Below, one piece after another: positions 1 to 12,007 of a stretch of DNA of 64,000 nt (positions within the stretch are counted from its first letter, which is position 1; each line of letters starts with the position of its first letter). Position numbers and translations under genes: made by a program. Origin of the DNA: Candidatus Latescibacterota bacterium (lineage in GTDB: Bacteria > Latescibacterota > CBDEFO01); assembly GCA_965248755.1 (NCBI GenBank), contig OZ252149.1:1728001-1792000 (forward strand). Direction: 5' to 3'. The notes below the pieces were generated by a model, which worked only from the letters and a program-made list of their open reading frames with translations, was not told where the DNA came from and ran no database searches.

Positions 1-55
1 TTACTCACATATGTCTTTAGATTCTTTTATAGACTTGCGCAGTTTAATTGGCTTT

Positions 56-131
56 TGGTGGAGATAACCGGGATCGAACCGGTAACCTCAGGCTTGCAAA
101 GCCTGCGCTCTCCCAATTGAGCTATATCCCC
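56..131 (-). tRNA. tRNA-Ala(TGC)
   Basis: Reverse complement GGGGATATAGCTCAATTGGGAGAGCGCAGGCTTTGCAAGCCTG...GGTTCGATCCC...CCACCA; anticodon TGC, encoded CCA; lies in the 16S-23S spacer. Confidence 0.97.
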
Positions 132-141
132 CGCTTTTATA

Positions 142-218
<77 letters not shown>

Positions 219-365
219 TAAGCGGGTCTTTTAGCTTGTGGGCTAAGCTCCACACCGATGTTCTCGGCTCTATGTCCAGCTCAAAAAAATCAAATAACGT
301 GCACAGCCTTTGTCCGCTGACAGGTTGATCGTAGAAATTGCAGCCCCATGAGGGCATTTGCAACT

Positions 366-1933
<1,568 letters not shown>

Positions 1934-2041
1934 AATAAACTAATCCTGTTGATGTCCTTGAAAGGACATGTCATCAAAGCTTAATGATCTCTTTAAGAAG
2001 AGATCTCTACCAGAAGACTCCAAACCATGCACGTTATTAGA

Positions 2042-2053
2042 TTTTCAAAGAAC
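2042..2053 (-). promoter_or_regulatory. boxA antitermination element of the rRNA leader
   Basis: GTTCTTTGAAAA in the leader. The neighbouring leader segment AATAACGTGCA (~2027-2037) is complementary to spacer TGCACGTTATT (~293-303), giving the 16S processing stem. Confidence 0.75.
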
Positions 2054-2083
2054 GATTACCACTTATAGTATCGGTAACACAGA

Positions 2084-2112
2084 AATATACTTTAAACCTT
2101 TCGATTTGTCAA
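2084..2112 (-). promoter_or_regulatory. sigma70 promoter of the rRNA operon
   Basis: TTGACA-17 nt-TATATT with an upstream A-tract (UP element). Confidence 0.8.
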
Positions 2113-2323
2113 GTGTTTTTTTTGTGATTTCAAAATAAGAATAACACTATGCTCTTATGAATCCTTCTATGCTTTAAATTTCCACATACACGTAAGACCC
2201 CCATAGTTCGGAAAAGTTCCATTTAACGTCTTTCTATCGTCGTCTTTCCGTTCGAATCGGAAGGCACACCTCCATAGAAGACTTGGACTCTCAGTCTATT
2301 TGCCGGTCTTGACTTTGGACTCT

Positions 2324-3355
2324 TTAAACTTCCCTTTGGCAAAAAAGGATTTCTGCAATCTGAATTGCGTTGAGCGCAGCCCCCTTGCGCAGATTGTCGG
2401 AGACTATCCACATATCGAGTGCATTTTCAGAGGATATATCTTCGCGTATCCTCCCCACAAATACGTCATCTTTCCCTTCAGCATCCACGGCTAAAGGATA
2501 AATTCCCCTTCCAGGATCGTCCAGCACAGCGATACCGGGGGCCCTCTTTAGTATCTGTCTTGCTTGGTCTCGGGTAAGTTTCCCTATAGTCTCAACATTA
2601 ACAGATTCAGAATGAGCCATCAAGACAGGGACTCTGACGGTAGTAGCAGTGACCTTTATGGAGTCGTCGCCCATAATCTTTTGGGTCTCGTTGACCATCT
2701 TCATCTCTTCTGTAGTATATCCGTTTTCCAGAAAAGCGTTATCACTGCTGTGTGGTATCTGCGGAATAACGTTGAAAGCCATCTGATGTGGAAATCTGGG
2801 ACTATCATAAGATTTGCCCTCCAGAATGGCTTTGGTCTGTTCCTTCAAATCTAACATCGCACCTAAGCTGTCGCCTGAGACAGATTGATAGGTGGAAACC
2901 ACAACCCTTTTGATTCTGGCCGCATCGTGAATTGGCTTCAGAGCCACCACCATCTGGATTGTGGAACAGTTTGGATTAGCTACAATTCCACTGTGATCCA
3001 AGGCGGCATCTGGGTTCACCTCGGGGACCACCAGAGGAACATCGGGCTCCATCCTGAAAGCGGATGTATTGTCTATAACTACCGCTCCTGATTGGACAGC
3101 TACAGGCGCAAACCACTTACTTATGGAACTCCCCGCAGATGATAACACAATATCTATATCTTTTGAGGAAAACGAATGGTCTTTCAGTTCTTCTACAGTT
3201 ATATCTTCCCCCTTGAAGTCCAGCTTCTTTCCTGCTGATCTTTTTGATGAAAAGAGTCTCAAAGTTTTTACTGGAAACTTTCTCTCTTCTAAGATCTTTC
3301 TCATCACCCCACCCACTGCGCCCGTGGCGCCTACTATAGCCACGTTGTAAGACAT
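2324..3355 (-). CDS. asd: aspartate-semialdehyde dehydrogenase
   Basis: VGATGAVG, NPNCST, DNLRKGAALNAIQIAE; ATG at 3355 preferred over the ORF-track start. Confidence 0.97.
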   Translation of the reverse strand: MSYNVAIVGATGAVGGVMRKILEERKFPVKTLRLFSSKRSAGKKLDFKGEDITVEELKDHSFSSKDIDIVLSSAGSSISKWFAPVAVQSGAVVIDNTSAFRMEPDVPLVVPEVNPDAALDHSGIVANPNCSTIQMVVALKPIHDAARIKRVVVSTYQSVSGDSLGAMLDLKEQTKAILEGKSYDSPRFPHQMAFNVIPQIPHSSDNAFLENGYTTEEMKMVNETQKIMGDDSIKVTATTVRVPVLMAHSESVNVETIGKLTRDQARQILKRAPGIAVLDDPGRGIYPLAVDAEGKDDVFVGRIREDISSENALDMWIVSDNLRKGAALNAIQIAEILFCQREV

Positions 3356-3371
3356 TCTGGGTTCCTTTCCT

Positions 3372-4592
3372 TCAAGATTCGCCCAGTTCAAATTCTCTGT
3401 GCAGGGCCCTTACTGCGTCCTCGATGCAAGCCTTTCTGATCACACAGGAAATCTTGATCTCTGATGTGCTTATCATTTCGATATTGATGTCTGCATCAGA
3501 CAAGGCCTTAAACGTCTTGGACGCGACTCCCGTATGGCTCCTCATCCCAACTCCGACTACGGAGACTTTGGCTATGTCTTCGTCTGCGGAGACATTCCTC
3601 GCGTCGATCTCGGGTTTTATGACGTTCTTGCCTAGTTCGAGAGCTCTTTCAAGGTCAGCCCTTGGAACCGTGAAGGACATATCCGTCACTCCGCTCTCGC
3701 TGACGTTCTGGACGATCATATCGACGTTGATATTAGCTTGGGCAAGGGGCTGGAATATTGCAGCCGCTATACCTGGCCTGTCTGGAACTCCGTGGATTGT
3801 GATCTTAGCTTCATCTATGTCGTGTGCGATGCCCCGCACCAGGACATCCTCCATCATTTCCTCTTCCTCCTTGACAAGAGTACCAGAATTTTCGTTAAAG
3901 CTGGACCTCACATGCAAAATAACACCGTATTTGTTGGCAAACTCGACCGATCTGGCGTAAAGGACCTTTGCGCCCGCGCTGGCAAGCTCCAGCATCTCAT
4001 CGCTGGAGAGGACCTCCAACTTCCTGGCCTCGGGAACTATGCTCGGATCGGCGGTATAGACACCATCTACGTCTGTCAATATCTCACATTGATGTGCATC
4101 CAGGGCGTAGGCTAAAGCTACAGCAGTCATATCAGAGCCGCCTCGTCCCAGGGTTGTGACCTCCTGATCTACGCTTACTCCCTGAAATCCAGCAACGATT
4201 ACTATTCTGCCCTTTTTTAGCTCTTCTCTTATCCTATCGGCTCTTATGTCCAGAATCCTAGCTTTGGTGTGGATGGCATCTGTGATGATTCCGCTTTGCA
4301 GCCCTGTGAAGGATATAGCCTCTGCCCCCATAGAATTAATAGCCATAGACAAAAGGGCAATAGACACCAGTTCTCCTGTGGAAAGGAGCATGTCCATTTC
4401 TCTTGCTCTGGGTCGGTCAGTTATCTTCCTGACAAGATCGACCAACTGGTCGGTGCTGTCTCCCATCGCAGAGACGACGACGACTATGTCGTTCCCTTCC
4501 TTTTTTTTAGCTATGATCCTTCCCGCCACGCGCTTTATCAGTTCAGGCGTGGTGACAGAAGTTCCACCATATTTTTGAACGATAAGACTCAA
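3372..4592 (-). CDS. lysC: aspartate kinase
   Basis: [27 protein letters not shown], two C-terminal ACT domains. Confidence 0.97.
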   Translation of the reverse strand: MSLIVQKYGGTSVTTPELIKRVAGRIIAKKKEGNDIVVVVSAMGDSTDQLVDLVRKITDRPRAREMDMLLSTGELVSIALLSMAINSMGAEAISFTGLQSGIITDAIHTKARILDIRADRIREELKKGRIVIVAGFQGVSVDQEVTTLGRGGSDMTAVALAYALDAHQCEILTDVDGVYTADPSIVPEARKLEVLSSDEMLELASAGAKVLYARSVEFANKYGVILHVRSSFNENSGTLVKEEEEMMEDVLVRGIAHDIDEAKITIHGVPDRPGIAAAIFQPLAQANINVDMIVQNVSESGVTDMSFTVPRADLERALELGKNVIKPEIDARNVSADEDIAKVSVVGVGMRSHTGVASKTFKALSDADINIEMISTSEIKISCVIRKACIEDAVRALHREFELGES

Positions 4593-4640
4593 ATTTCTAG
4601 CTCATCTTTCAGCAGACTGGGCACTATCTCTCATCACTTG

Positions 4641-4681
4641 CCCCCGACCCCCAATTGAATCTATTGGGGGTTCAATCGGGG
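4641..4681. repeat. 21-bp palindrome family, one copy nested inside another
   Basis: Inner CCCCCAATTGAATCTATTGGGGG (4648-4670) sits inside an oppositely oriented outer CCCCCGA...TTCAATCGGGG. Confidence 0.8.
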
Positions 4682-4706
4682 ATCGGTTCCGCTTCGCGTC
4701 TCCTTC

Positions 4707-4783
4707 GGCGCAGCACCTCATGACAAGGTCGCGGTCTGGCACCCTGCTTATGACTAAGGTCCAAGCCAACCAACGTCAGCACC
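4707..4783 (-). ncRNA. candidate structured cis-regulatory RNA upstream of lysC (family unassigned)
   Basis: GC-rich intergenic block with a closing stem and two hairpins whose loops both contain GUCAU; see findings. Confidence 0.45.
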
Positions 4784-4877
4784 AGGTGGGGTGGCAGAAA
4801 GCCGCGCTAGTGGACAAAGCATTCTTACTTAGCTTGTCGCTCCCTGTATGATGTCTATTGTTTCTTGTATACTTATT

Positions 4878-5936
4878 TCAAAATCCTATCTCTCTTACTA
4901 CAGCCTCAACGGTCGCATCGATAACTTGCGGTTTTTGGGCCACAGCCACAGCCCTGTCAGGATCTTTAAGTCCCAGACCCGTAAGCACGCAAACCACTAC
5001 ATCTCCTTTTCGGAATGTTCCTTGCTGGTAAAGCTTTAGTACCCCTGCTACCGAGGCAGCGGACGCAGGCTCGGCAAAGATGCCTTCCAGGTTTGCCAGC
5101 ATCTTGTAAGCCTGTAGGATCTCTTCATCGGTAACAGAGTCTATTATTCCCCCCGATTCCTCTCTGGCCTCTTCTGCGCCGCTCCAGCTTGCTGGGTTTC
5201 CGATCCTTATGGCTGTTGCTATAGTCTCAGGTTCAGCTACAGGCTCTCCTCGAACGATCGGGGCGGCTCCTTCTGCTTGATACCCCATCATCTTGGGGAG
5301 ACTCTCTATCATTCCAGCTTCGTAGTACTCTTTATAGCCTTTCCAGTAGGCGGTAATATTCCCGGCGTTGCCGACAGGCAGAACGTTATAATCGGGGGCC
5401 CTTCTCCCCAGATGATCGCAGATCTCAAATGCACCCGTCTTTTGGCCTTCTATTCTATAGGGATTTACGGAGTTGACTAAAGCAATCGGATATTTGTCTG
5501 CGATCTCTTTGACCAAAGGCAAGGCCCCGTCGAAGTTAGCCTTTACGGAGATGACAAAGGCTCCCTGGATCATAGCCTGCGCAAGCTTACCGAAGGCGAT
5601 ATATCCTTCAGGTATAAGGACCACGCACTTCATACCGGCTCTTGCCGCATAGGCGGACGCTGATGCGGCCGTGTTGCCTGTAGATGCACAGATAACCGCT
5701 TCCGCTCCTGCCTGGGCAGCTTTGGAGACTGCCATCGTCATACCCCTATCTTTGAAGGAACCGGTGGGATTCAAGCCTTCGTATTTAAAGTAAAGTTTAA
5801 ATTCAGCTCCCACCTCCCTCAGAAGGTTCTTAGCCGGGATCAGAGGAGTATTTCCCTCAAACAAGCTTATGACAGGAGTCTTTTCTGTCACGGGAAGGTA
5901 ACGTCTATATTTTTCTACCACACCTGTCCAGAGCAT
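4878..5936 (-). CDS. thrC: threonine synthase
   Basis: [33 protein letters not shown]. Confidence 0.96.
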   Translation of the reverse strand: MLWTGVVEKYRRYLPVTEKTPVISLFEGNTPLIPAKNLLREVGAEFKLYFKYEGLNPTGSFKDRGMTMAVSKAAQAGAEAVICASTGNTAASASAYAARAGMKCVVLIPEGYIAFGKLAQAMIQGAFVISVKANFDGALPLVKEIADKYPIALVNSVNPYRIEGQKTGAFEICDHLGRRAPDYNVLPVGNAGNITAYWKGYKEYYEAGMIESLPKMMGYQAEGAAPIVRGEPVAEPETIATAIRIGNPASWSGAEEAREESGGIIDSVTDEEILQAYKMLANLEGIFAEPASAASVAGVLKLYQQGTFRKGDVVVCVLTGLGLKDPDRAVAVAQKPQVIDATVEAVVREIGF

Positions 5937-5974
5937 TTCGACATCTCCATCAAATCCGCTCTTTGTCCTTTTGT

Positions 5975-7273
5975 TTAAAGATCCTCCACCCTTATAATCT
6001 GTATTTGATCTTTGATAATATCCAAGGTATTCAATCTCTCAACAGCCCGGCATACAAATTTTTCTTTAGCTTCGTGGGTCATAATAACCAGCGGCACGTT
6101 TCCCTGGGACTCAGCTCTGCCTTTCTGTATAACTGAAGCTATACTTATCTTTTCATCGGAAAAGACGGCAGCTATTTGCGCCAGAACTCCTGGCCTATCG
6201 ACAACCAAGAATCTGAAATAATAGGGGATTTCTACTTCGTCTATGGGGATCACAGAGGGTCCATCGCACACCGTCATCTCCCGGACTTTGGGATCTGCTC
6301 TATCTATAAGTCTTTGGGAAAGCTCCACGATATCTGAGATAACTGCGCTGGCTGTGGGCATGCGGCCTGCTCCGCTCCCGTAGAAGACCTGCGTTCCGAC
6401 GGCATCTCCCACGACTTCTACCGCGTTGAAGACCCCTTTGATCTGCGCCATGATACTACCTGATGGGACCATAGCAGGATGAACTCTAACTTCTATTGTG
6501 TCCTTCGATCCTTTGGCGATTGCCAGAAGCTTTACCGTGTAACCCAGCTCCCTTGCATATTCGATGTCCTGTATCTTTATCTTCTGTATGCCTTCTTTGA
6601 ACACATCCCTAGTCTTGAGAGCCGATCCGAAGGCGATTCTGGAGAGAACAGCAAGCTTCTGGGCGGCATCTGTTCCGTCCACATCCATCGTAGGATCAGA
6701 TTCGGCGTAGCCCAACTTCTGGGCCTCGGCAAGCACATCCTCAAAGTCACCTCCCTCATCTGTCATCTTTGTAAGGATGTAGTTAGTGGTCCCATTAAGT
6801 ATCCCATACATAGAGCTTACATTGTTAGCTACAAGCCCATTTTTCAAAGAGCGGATGATAGGGATACCGCCGCCTACGCTGGCTTCGAAGAGGAGGTCAA
6901 CACCGTTTTTTAGAGCTGCTTCAAAGAGTTCGTCTCCACAGTCCGCAAGCAGAGCTTTATTAGCTGTAACGACGTTCTTGCCATTCCTTATCGCCTTGAG
7001 AATAAAGCTCCGCGCAGGCTCTATTCCCCCTATAAGCTCAGCGACGATGTCTATAGTGGGATCATTCACAACCTGGGAAACATCCTCTGTCAAAAGATCC
7101 TCTGGAACTTGTATATCTCTTTTTTTGGATAGGCTTTTGACAGCGACCTTAACAAGTTCTAAGCTCAGGCGTTTTCTTTCAAGAAGAGACGATGGTCCCT
7201 TTACAAGGAGTTCAACTACACCCCCACCTACGTTTCCCATTCCGATTACGCCTATCTTGATATTTCTACTCAT
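5975..7273 (-). CDS. hom: homoserine dehydrogenase with ACT domain
   Basis: [35 protein letters not shown]. Confidence 0.97.
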   Translation of the reverse strand: MSRNIKIGVIGMGNVGGGVVELLVKGPSSLLERKRLSLELVKVAVKSLSKKRDIQVPEDLLTEDVSQVVNDPTIDIVAELIGGIEPARSFILKAIRNGKNVVTANKALLADCGDELFEAALKNGVDLLFEASVGGGIPIIRSLKNGLVANNVSSMYGILNGTTNYILTKMTDEGGDFEDVLAEAQKLGYAESDPTMDVDGTDAAQKLAVLSRIAFGSALKTRDVFKEGIQKIKIQDIEYARELGYTVKLLAIAKGSKDTIEVRVHPAMVPSGSIMAQIKGVFNAVEVVGDAVGTQVFYGSGAGRMPTASAVISDIVELSQRLIDRADPKVREMTVCDGPSVIPIDEVEIPYYFRFLVVDRPGVLAQIAAVFSDEKISIASVIQKGRAESQGNVPLVIMTHEAKEKFVCRAVERLNTLDIIKDQIQIIRVEDL

Positions 7274-7800
7274 AACTAGAAAAGAACAAAATTGAAGAAT
7301 TCCTCTCTATACTGAGAGATGATAAACAAACGCCCAATATAAGTATAAGTAAATATATTAAATATATGCCGACGGCGCAACTTAAAATCTAAAGATTATA
7401 GGATATACAAAAAAAATTCCCATATGGTGATATTCATCACATCTATCGTCTATACGATTGGTTAAATTATACACAAAAATGTGCGCCGGTAGACTCGGGA
7501 CATATTGCCCAAGACCTGCAAGCATTGGTTCAAAAAACGACAACTATTGTTGAAAAATTAGTACTACTTTTTGGCGGCCCTGTCACGCGATCTGTTTTCT
7601 AACGTCTGCTGAGAGAGCAACTTCGCGACAAAAAGGTGGCGAAAGATGCACAAAATGATGCGGAAATGCATAAAATTCTAATTTTTTCACCTATAATTTA
7701 AATTTCCTATTGACTTTTTCAGATAATATATTACATTTAGCAGTGTTTCTCGTAAACAGACTATCCATAGCAGGAGTTACCCTTTTAAGCTTGGGGGGGT

Positions 7801-8799
7801 ATGATGGTAAAATTGTTAGCATGTGTGGCAGTTGCCGTGTTACTGATGTTTTGTGTGGATGCATATGCAGTGAATCCGTCTCCGTCTCCGTCTCCGTCCC
7901 CTGAGCCAGGGCCTCTTTTCGGTGATGTGAGCAAGAACGGTGTTATAACAGCTTTCGATGCGGCTTTGGTTTTACAGCATGTAGTTGGAATTATCCAGTT
8001 GACAGGTGAGGAGTTGATCTCTGCTGATGTGTCGGGTGACGGCACAGTATCTGCATTTGACGCAACCCTCATCCTTCAGTTTGTGGTTGAGATAAGGTCC
8101 AGATTCCCTGTGGAGGGCGGTCCTGTGCCCAAGCTACTCGGCAGCCAGGAGCGCACTATAACTGTTGGGAGAGCCGAATACATAACCCAAAATATGTTAT
8201 CGCTCCCGATCTTAATAGACGAGATGAGCGGAGTTTTGGCGGGGTACATGGAGTTGTTGCTTAAGGGGCAGATGGACAATATACAGGTCTCCACGGCGAA
8301 TATGACTGAGGAATATCTGATAGTCAGCAACGTTTCAGACGATGTGATCCAAATAGCGTTTGCGGGAACAGTCGCTCCTGAGGGTAAGGGAGAGGTGCTC
8401 CGCATCCAGTTCAGGGCACAAGATTTATTTGATTTAGGATTGGAGGTGCTTGAGGCACAGTTGAACGAGGGGATGTACCGCTTGAGTATAGTGGAGCAAG
8501 AGGACATATCCCCACCGCCTCAAGAATACAGCCTGGCTCAGAGCTATCCGAATCCGTTTAACCCTTATACAACTATAAGATACGAAATACGGGAAGCAGG
8601 AAGAGCAAGGCTAGATGTATTTAACACTTTAGGGCAGAAGATCAGGACACTGGTGAATGAGAATCAGAAAGCAGGAAGGTATTCTGTAGTCTGGGACAGC
8701 AAAGACGATCAGGGGAAGGACATGGCAAGCGGACTTTACCTCTATCGCATCAAGGCAGGGGACTTTGTTAAGACCAGAAAGATGATCCTGATGAGATAA
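7801..8799 (+). CDS. secreted protein: Pro-Ser linker, dockerin-like repeats, cohesin-like domain, FlgD-Ig/T9SS-like C-terminal domain
   Basis: Signal peptide; PSPSPSPSP encoded by CCGTCT repeats; GDVSKNGVITAFDA and ADVSGDGTVSAFDA; QSYPNPFNP...KTRKMILMR. Confidence 0.85.
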   Translation: MMVKLLACVAVAVLLMFCVDAYAVNPSPSPSPSPEPGPLFGDVSKNGVITAFDAALVLQHVVGIIQLTGEELISADVSGDGTVSAFDATLILQFVVEIRSRFPVEGGPVPKLLGSQERTITVGRAEYITQNMLSLPILIDEMSGVLAGYMELLLKGQMDNIQVSTANMTEEYLIVSNVSDDVIQIAFAGTVAPEGKGEVLRIQFRAQDLFDLGLEVLEAQLNEGMYRLSIVEQEDISPPPQEYSLAQSYPNPFNPYTTIRYEIREAGRARLDVFNTLGQKIRTLVNENQKAGRYSVVWDSKDDQGKDMASGLYLYRIKAGDFVKTRKMILMR

Positions 8800-8834
8800 C
8801 CGTTGAGGACAGTCAATAGCAAGGACGACAGTAT

Positions 8835-8871
8835 AAGGCCTCATAACCCAAAGGGTTGGTGGGGCTTTTTT
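8835..8871 (+). terminator. intrinsic terminator
   Basis: Hairpin AGGCCTCA...TGGGGCTT followed by a T-tract after the 7801-8799 gene. Confidence 0.6.
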
Positions 8872-9039
8872 ATGATTGAGAAATAGCAGGCGTTTACGCC
8901 AGCCCCTTAACAAAGCTACAGATCTTTTTCAGGTTAGGGTCTGAGCAAGGCAAGTTAAACAGATGTCAAGCCCCGGAATGAAAAATAGTTAGCGTTGGGC
9001 AGCCAGTCATAAGGTATAGGTCAAGTTAGGTTCTTGAGA

Positions 9040-9614
9040 AAAGCGAATCTATCGCAAATATGTAGCCAGAATGGTAGCAGCCCATTGCAGATGTGTGCTT
9101 TGGTGTGATAGTACTACACAAGTGGGACAGGAGCATGTGAAGTCTGGACGTGGTCGCAAGCCTGCAGATGAGCGAGAGGTTAGTGCCCGATAGAATCAAT
9201 CGGGAATACGCTTCCACAGAAGCAGTACCTCAAGCTCTGACTTTTCGTTCTGATAAGGGTTCGACCTTTTTGGCTGAACCCTATTTGGCAAGCAACCAAG
9301 TTTGGGGATTCGTCCGGAATACATTCCAGTCGGAAATCCTCCGATAGAGGCAGCCGGTGGTAAAAACGGTTTTGAAGAACGTTTTTTCAGGACCCTCAAG
9401 AAAGAGTGTCCCCGATTGAATTCATCGGGGATTGGCTTCACAATTCTCATTCCTTCTAACAGGTCGAACAGATCATATCCCAATGGATTGAGTACCATAA
9501 CAAGAAACGTCTGCATTCATCCCAGAGATGCAAGACCCCACAAGAGTAGCCAGATAGATTTTATCTACTATCCCACGGTTGCCTAATTATTGTCAATATT
9601 GTGGGGAGCACTAC
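9040..9614 (+). pseudogene. degraded IS3/IS481-like transposase (integrase core) remnant
   Basis: Fragments in different frames: FRSDKGSTF, GIRPEYIPVGNP..NGFEERFFRTLKKEC, RPHK; IS-end-like TGTC...GGGGAGCACTAC at 9591-9614; boundaries approximate. Confidence 0.75.
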
Positions 9615-9738
9615 CCATTTTGACAAGGAGCAAGCGATTTGTACTTGACTTAGAGATAGAAGTTTACTAAATTTTTGTCAAGGACACAGTTGTACAATAG
9701 GTTTCTTTTAGGTTTTTATATGGAGGCGCTCCGTTCAT

Positions 9739-9942
9739 ATGAAGAGGAGAGGGAAGAGGCACGGAAACAGGTCTAGCAACTCTAAAGCCAAAAACAGGGA
9801 AAGACAAAAAACCGATCAGGGGATAACTGCAATGGAAGAGGCCTTAGCCAGAACCCGTCAAGGACGCGCCTTGATAGATGAGGTGCGAAGGTACAAAAAG
9901 GAAGTCAGTTCCTACGTTTCACCGCAACCCAAGGGACAGTAA
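9739..9942 (+). CDS. small basic hypothetical protein
   Basis: ATG with upstream GGAGG, 67 aa, no recognised motif. Confidence 0.4.
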   Translation: MKRRGKRHGNRSSNSKAKNRERQKTDQGITAMEEALARTRQGRALIDEVRRYKKEVSSYVSPQPKGQ

Positions 9943-10030
9943 GCTCTCCAAAATAAGCAGATAGAAGAGGCGTTGTCCCTGTCTTTTCTTGTTAGATAGT
10001 CGCGCTGCTAGCTTTGGGAAAGGGCTATCT

Positions 10031-10719
10031 ATGTTGATAAGGACTCAAAAGGAACTCAAGGAGCTGTACGGAGAACACTATGACAAGGTGCTGGGCTACT
10101 GGATGTCGGGAATGACGAAGGAGAAGTTAGATATTCTCGTTGCGAGACTATCACAACGAGATGAATCTGATGAGAATGTAAGGGTTTCAGGTCACCCCAA
10201 GCTGCAGAAGAAGAGCCCGAAGAGCAAGCTTTGGGAAATACGCCAGCAGGACGAGGGCCCGGCTCTGTCATATTTTCTCAGAGCCGAGAAGAAAAGCATC
10301 CCCATGGTCTTTGAGCTGTACGAGAGATCAGCAATGGGCATAATTACAGAGATAGGGATTCCTTAATGAATTTGGAATAGATGTATCTGGGGAAAAATCT
10401 ATGATCCAAAGAGCAAGATATAAAGTACTGCTACAGGGCAAGGGACAGGAATCAAGTCAAGCAGGCAACTTTGATAGATCACTTGGTGAAAGCTCAGAAC
10501 TTGGGTCCCCTGGAGGAAACAGAAAAGATGTACTCCATCAACGAAAGCGACCTTGATCATCATAAGAGATCAGGATTGCCTGTACGTCTAATACTCAGGG
10601 GAGGAGAAGTGATAAGAGGGAGAATGGAATGGATCTGGAGGTATAATATCAAACTCGAGCTCGAGACAAGGAGCTCTCTTGTAGTCTTCAGGAACACTAT
10701 CTATCTGCTGTTCACTTAA
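10031..10719 (+). pseudogene. frameshifted protein with two Hfq/Sm-like domains
   Basis: C-terminal piece LPVRLILRGGEVIRGRMEWIWRYNIKL...LVVFRNTI resembles Hfq Sm1/Sm2; a first similar domain can be rebuilt across two frameshifts near 10360 and 10405. Confidence 0.5.
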
Positions 10720-10737
10720 TAAGGAGATGGGATCTAT

Positions 10738-10980
10738 ATGGGTAAGACTGTCCGGGAGGACTCCAAGAATTCTGCTGAGAAGATCAGGGTGTCGATTGTG
10801 GAGTTCAGAGGGAAAACCTATGGAGATATTCGCGTTTATTACCAGGATGACGATGGAGAATTCAAACCCACAAAGAAAGGAGTAACCTTCGCGCCAGATA
10901 TCCTTCCGCAGATCAAGGAAGGCGTATCCCAACTCGAACAGGAGCTTCTTTCTATGGGCTTGATGGAGACAACCGATTAA
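10738..10980 (+). CDS. PC4/YdbC-family ssDNA-binding protein (transcriptional coactivator p15-like)
   Basis: EFRGKTYGDIRVYY...FKPTKKGVT. Confidence 0.88.
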   Translation: MGKTVREDSKNSAEKIRVSIVEFRGKTYGDIRVYYQDDDGEFKPTKKGVTFAPDILPQIKEGVSQLEQELLSMGLMETTD

Positions 10981-11025
10981 GGAAGTCATAATGCGTAATG
11001 CGTCTTCAACAACAACGGGCAATAG

Positions 11026-11787
11026 ATGAGCAAGGATATAACTCCCATAATGCAAGGATGGGAATTTGATCCCCAAAAGCTGTGCGTCAGGAAGATAATA
11101 GACTTCGACGGTCGGGAGAAAATTCAGCGCAGGGTGGACATGGGGATCTGGCAGATGCAGATAGACGGAAGACCGGACGGCAGGCGGCCACATGGCAAAG
11201 AGTCCTTCTTCGATTACTATCTATATTTGCTTGAGGAACATAAAAAAGAGCAAGGAACTGACGAGGGATTTAAATTAGATGAGGAGGCCTTCGTGCACCT
11301 GGAGACAGAAGCTTTGCAGTACTACATAAGGAGGATCAGTTTCTTTGAGCTAAAGGAATACAACAATGCAAAAAGAGACGCCGAGCGAAATTTGAGGGTC
11401 TTCGATTTTGTGAGAGACTACGCCGAAAGCGACGAGTACAGACTTATCCTTGAAAACTACAGACCTTTTGTCACAAGCCACAGGATAAGAGCAGACGTAC
11501 TGATATGCCTTAAGAAGGGATATTTCGACAGAGCAATAGAGCATATTGAAGATGGAATCAAAGAGATAGAAAATTTCTTCAAAAGCTACGGCAGAGACAA
11601 CCAAATAGACGACAGTCAGGAGATAAAGTTCCTGGAAAGCTGGCGGGAGGACATCCTGTCCAACAAGCCTGTCAGTGCAAGGAAACAACTTGAGAGGGAA
11701 CTGCAGCAAGCCGTACAAGAGGAAGAGTTTGAGAAAGCCGCCCTCATCAGAGACCAGATAAAGCGCATAGAGCGACAGCAAAAGTAA
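11026..11787 (+). CDS. UvrB/UvrC-motif-containing protein
   Basis: C-terminal LQQAVQEEEFEKAALIRDQI; N-terminal DGRPDGRRPHG. Confidence 0.85.
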   Translation: MSKDITPIMQGWEFDPQKLCVRKIIDFDGREKIQRRVDMGIWQMQIDGRPDGRRPHGKESFFDYYLYLLEEHKKEQGTDEGFKLDEEAFVHLETEALQYYIRRISFFELKEYNNAKRDAERNLRVFDFVRDYAESDEYRLILENYRPFVTSHRIRADVLICLKKGYFDRAIEHIEDGIKEIENFFKSYGRDNQIDDSQEIKFLESWREDILSNKPVSARKQLERELQQAVQEEEFEKAALIRDQIKRIERQQK

Positions 11788-11841
11788 CGCTTCAAATCAT
11801 AAGCCCAAAAAGTAACAAGAAACTTTTTGGGGAAAGAAGAA

Positions 11842-11869
11842 AGCCCCGGAACTTGAGCGGTCCGGGGCT
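11842..11869. terminator. GC-rich hairpin, probable terminator
   Basis: AGCCCCGGA...TCCGGGGCT inverted repeat. Confidence 0.5.
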
Positions 11870-12007
11870 GAATTGTTTCTACCGACATAACTGTTGACCG
11901 CCGCTGTATTTCTTATTATCTTTAGCCAAGACCTATGCAACTGCCGGGGTCGCCCCTCACCTACGAGCTTATGCTTTCGATTCCCTGATCTTTAAGAGGA
12001 GTCAAAC

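Noticed and set aside
4700..4760. Lysine riboswitch or RNase P RNA, suggested by GAGGTGC/GCCGAA and GCAGGGTGCCAG
   Set aside because: Spacing is wrong and the remaining conserved elements are absent (no GAGGAAAGUCC, no long lysine-riboswitch P2/P3)
7645..7675. NtrC-like box TGCACAAAATGATGCG
   Set aside because: Imperfect match, and no convincing sigma54 -24/-12 promoter downstream
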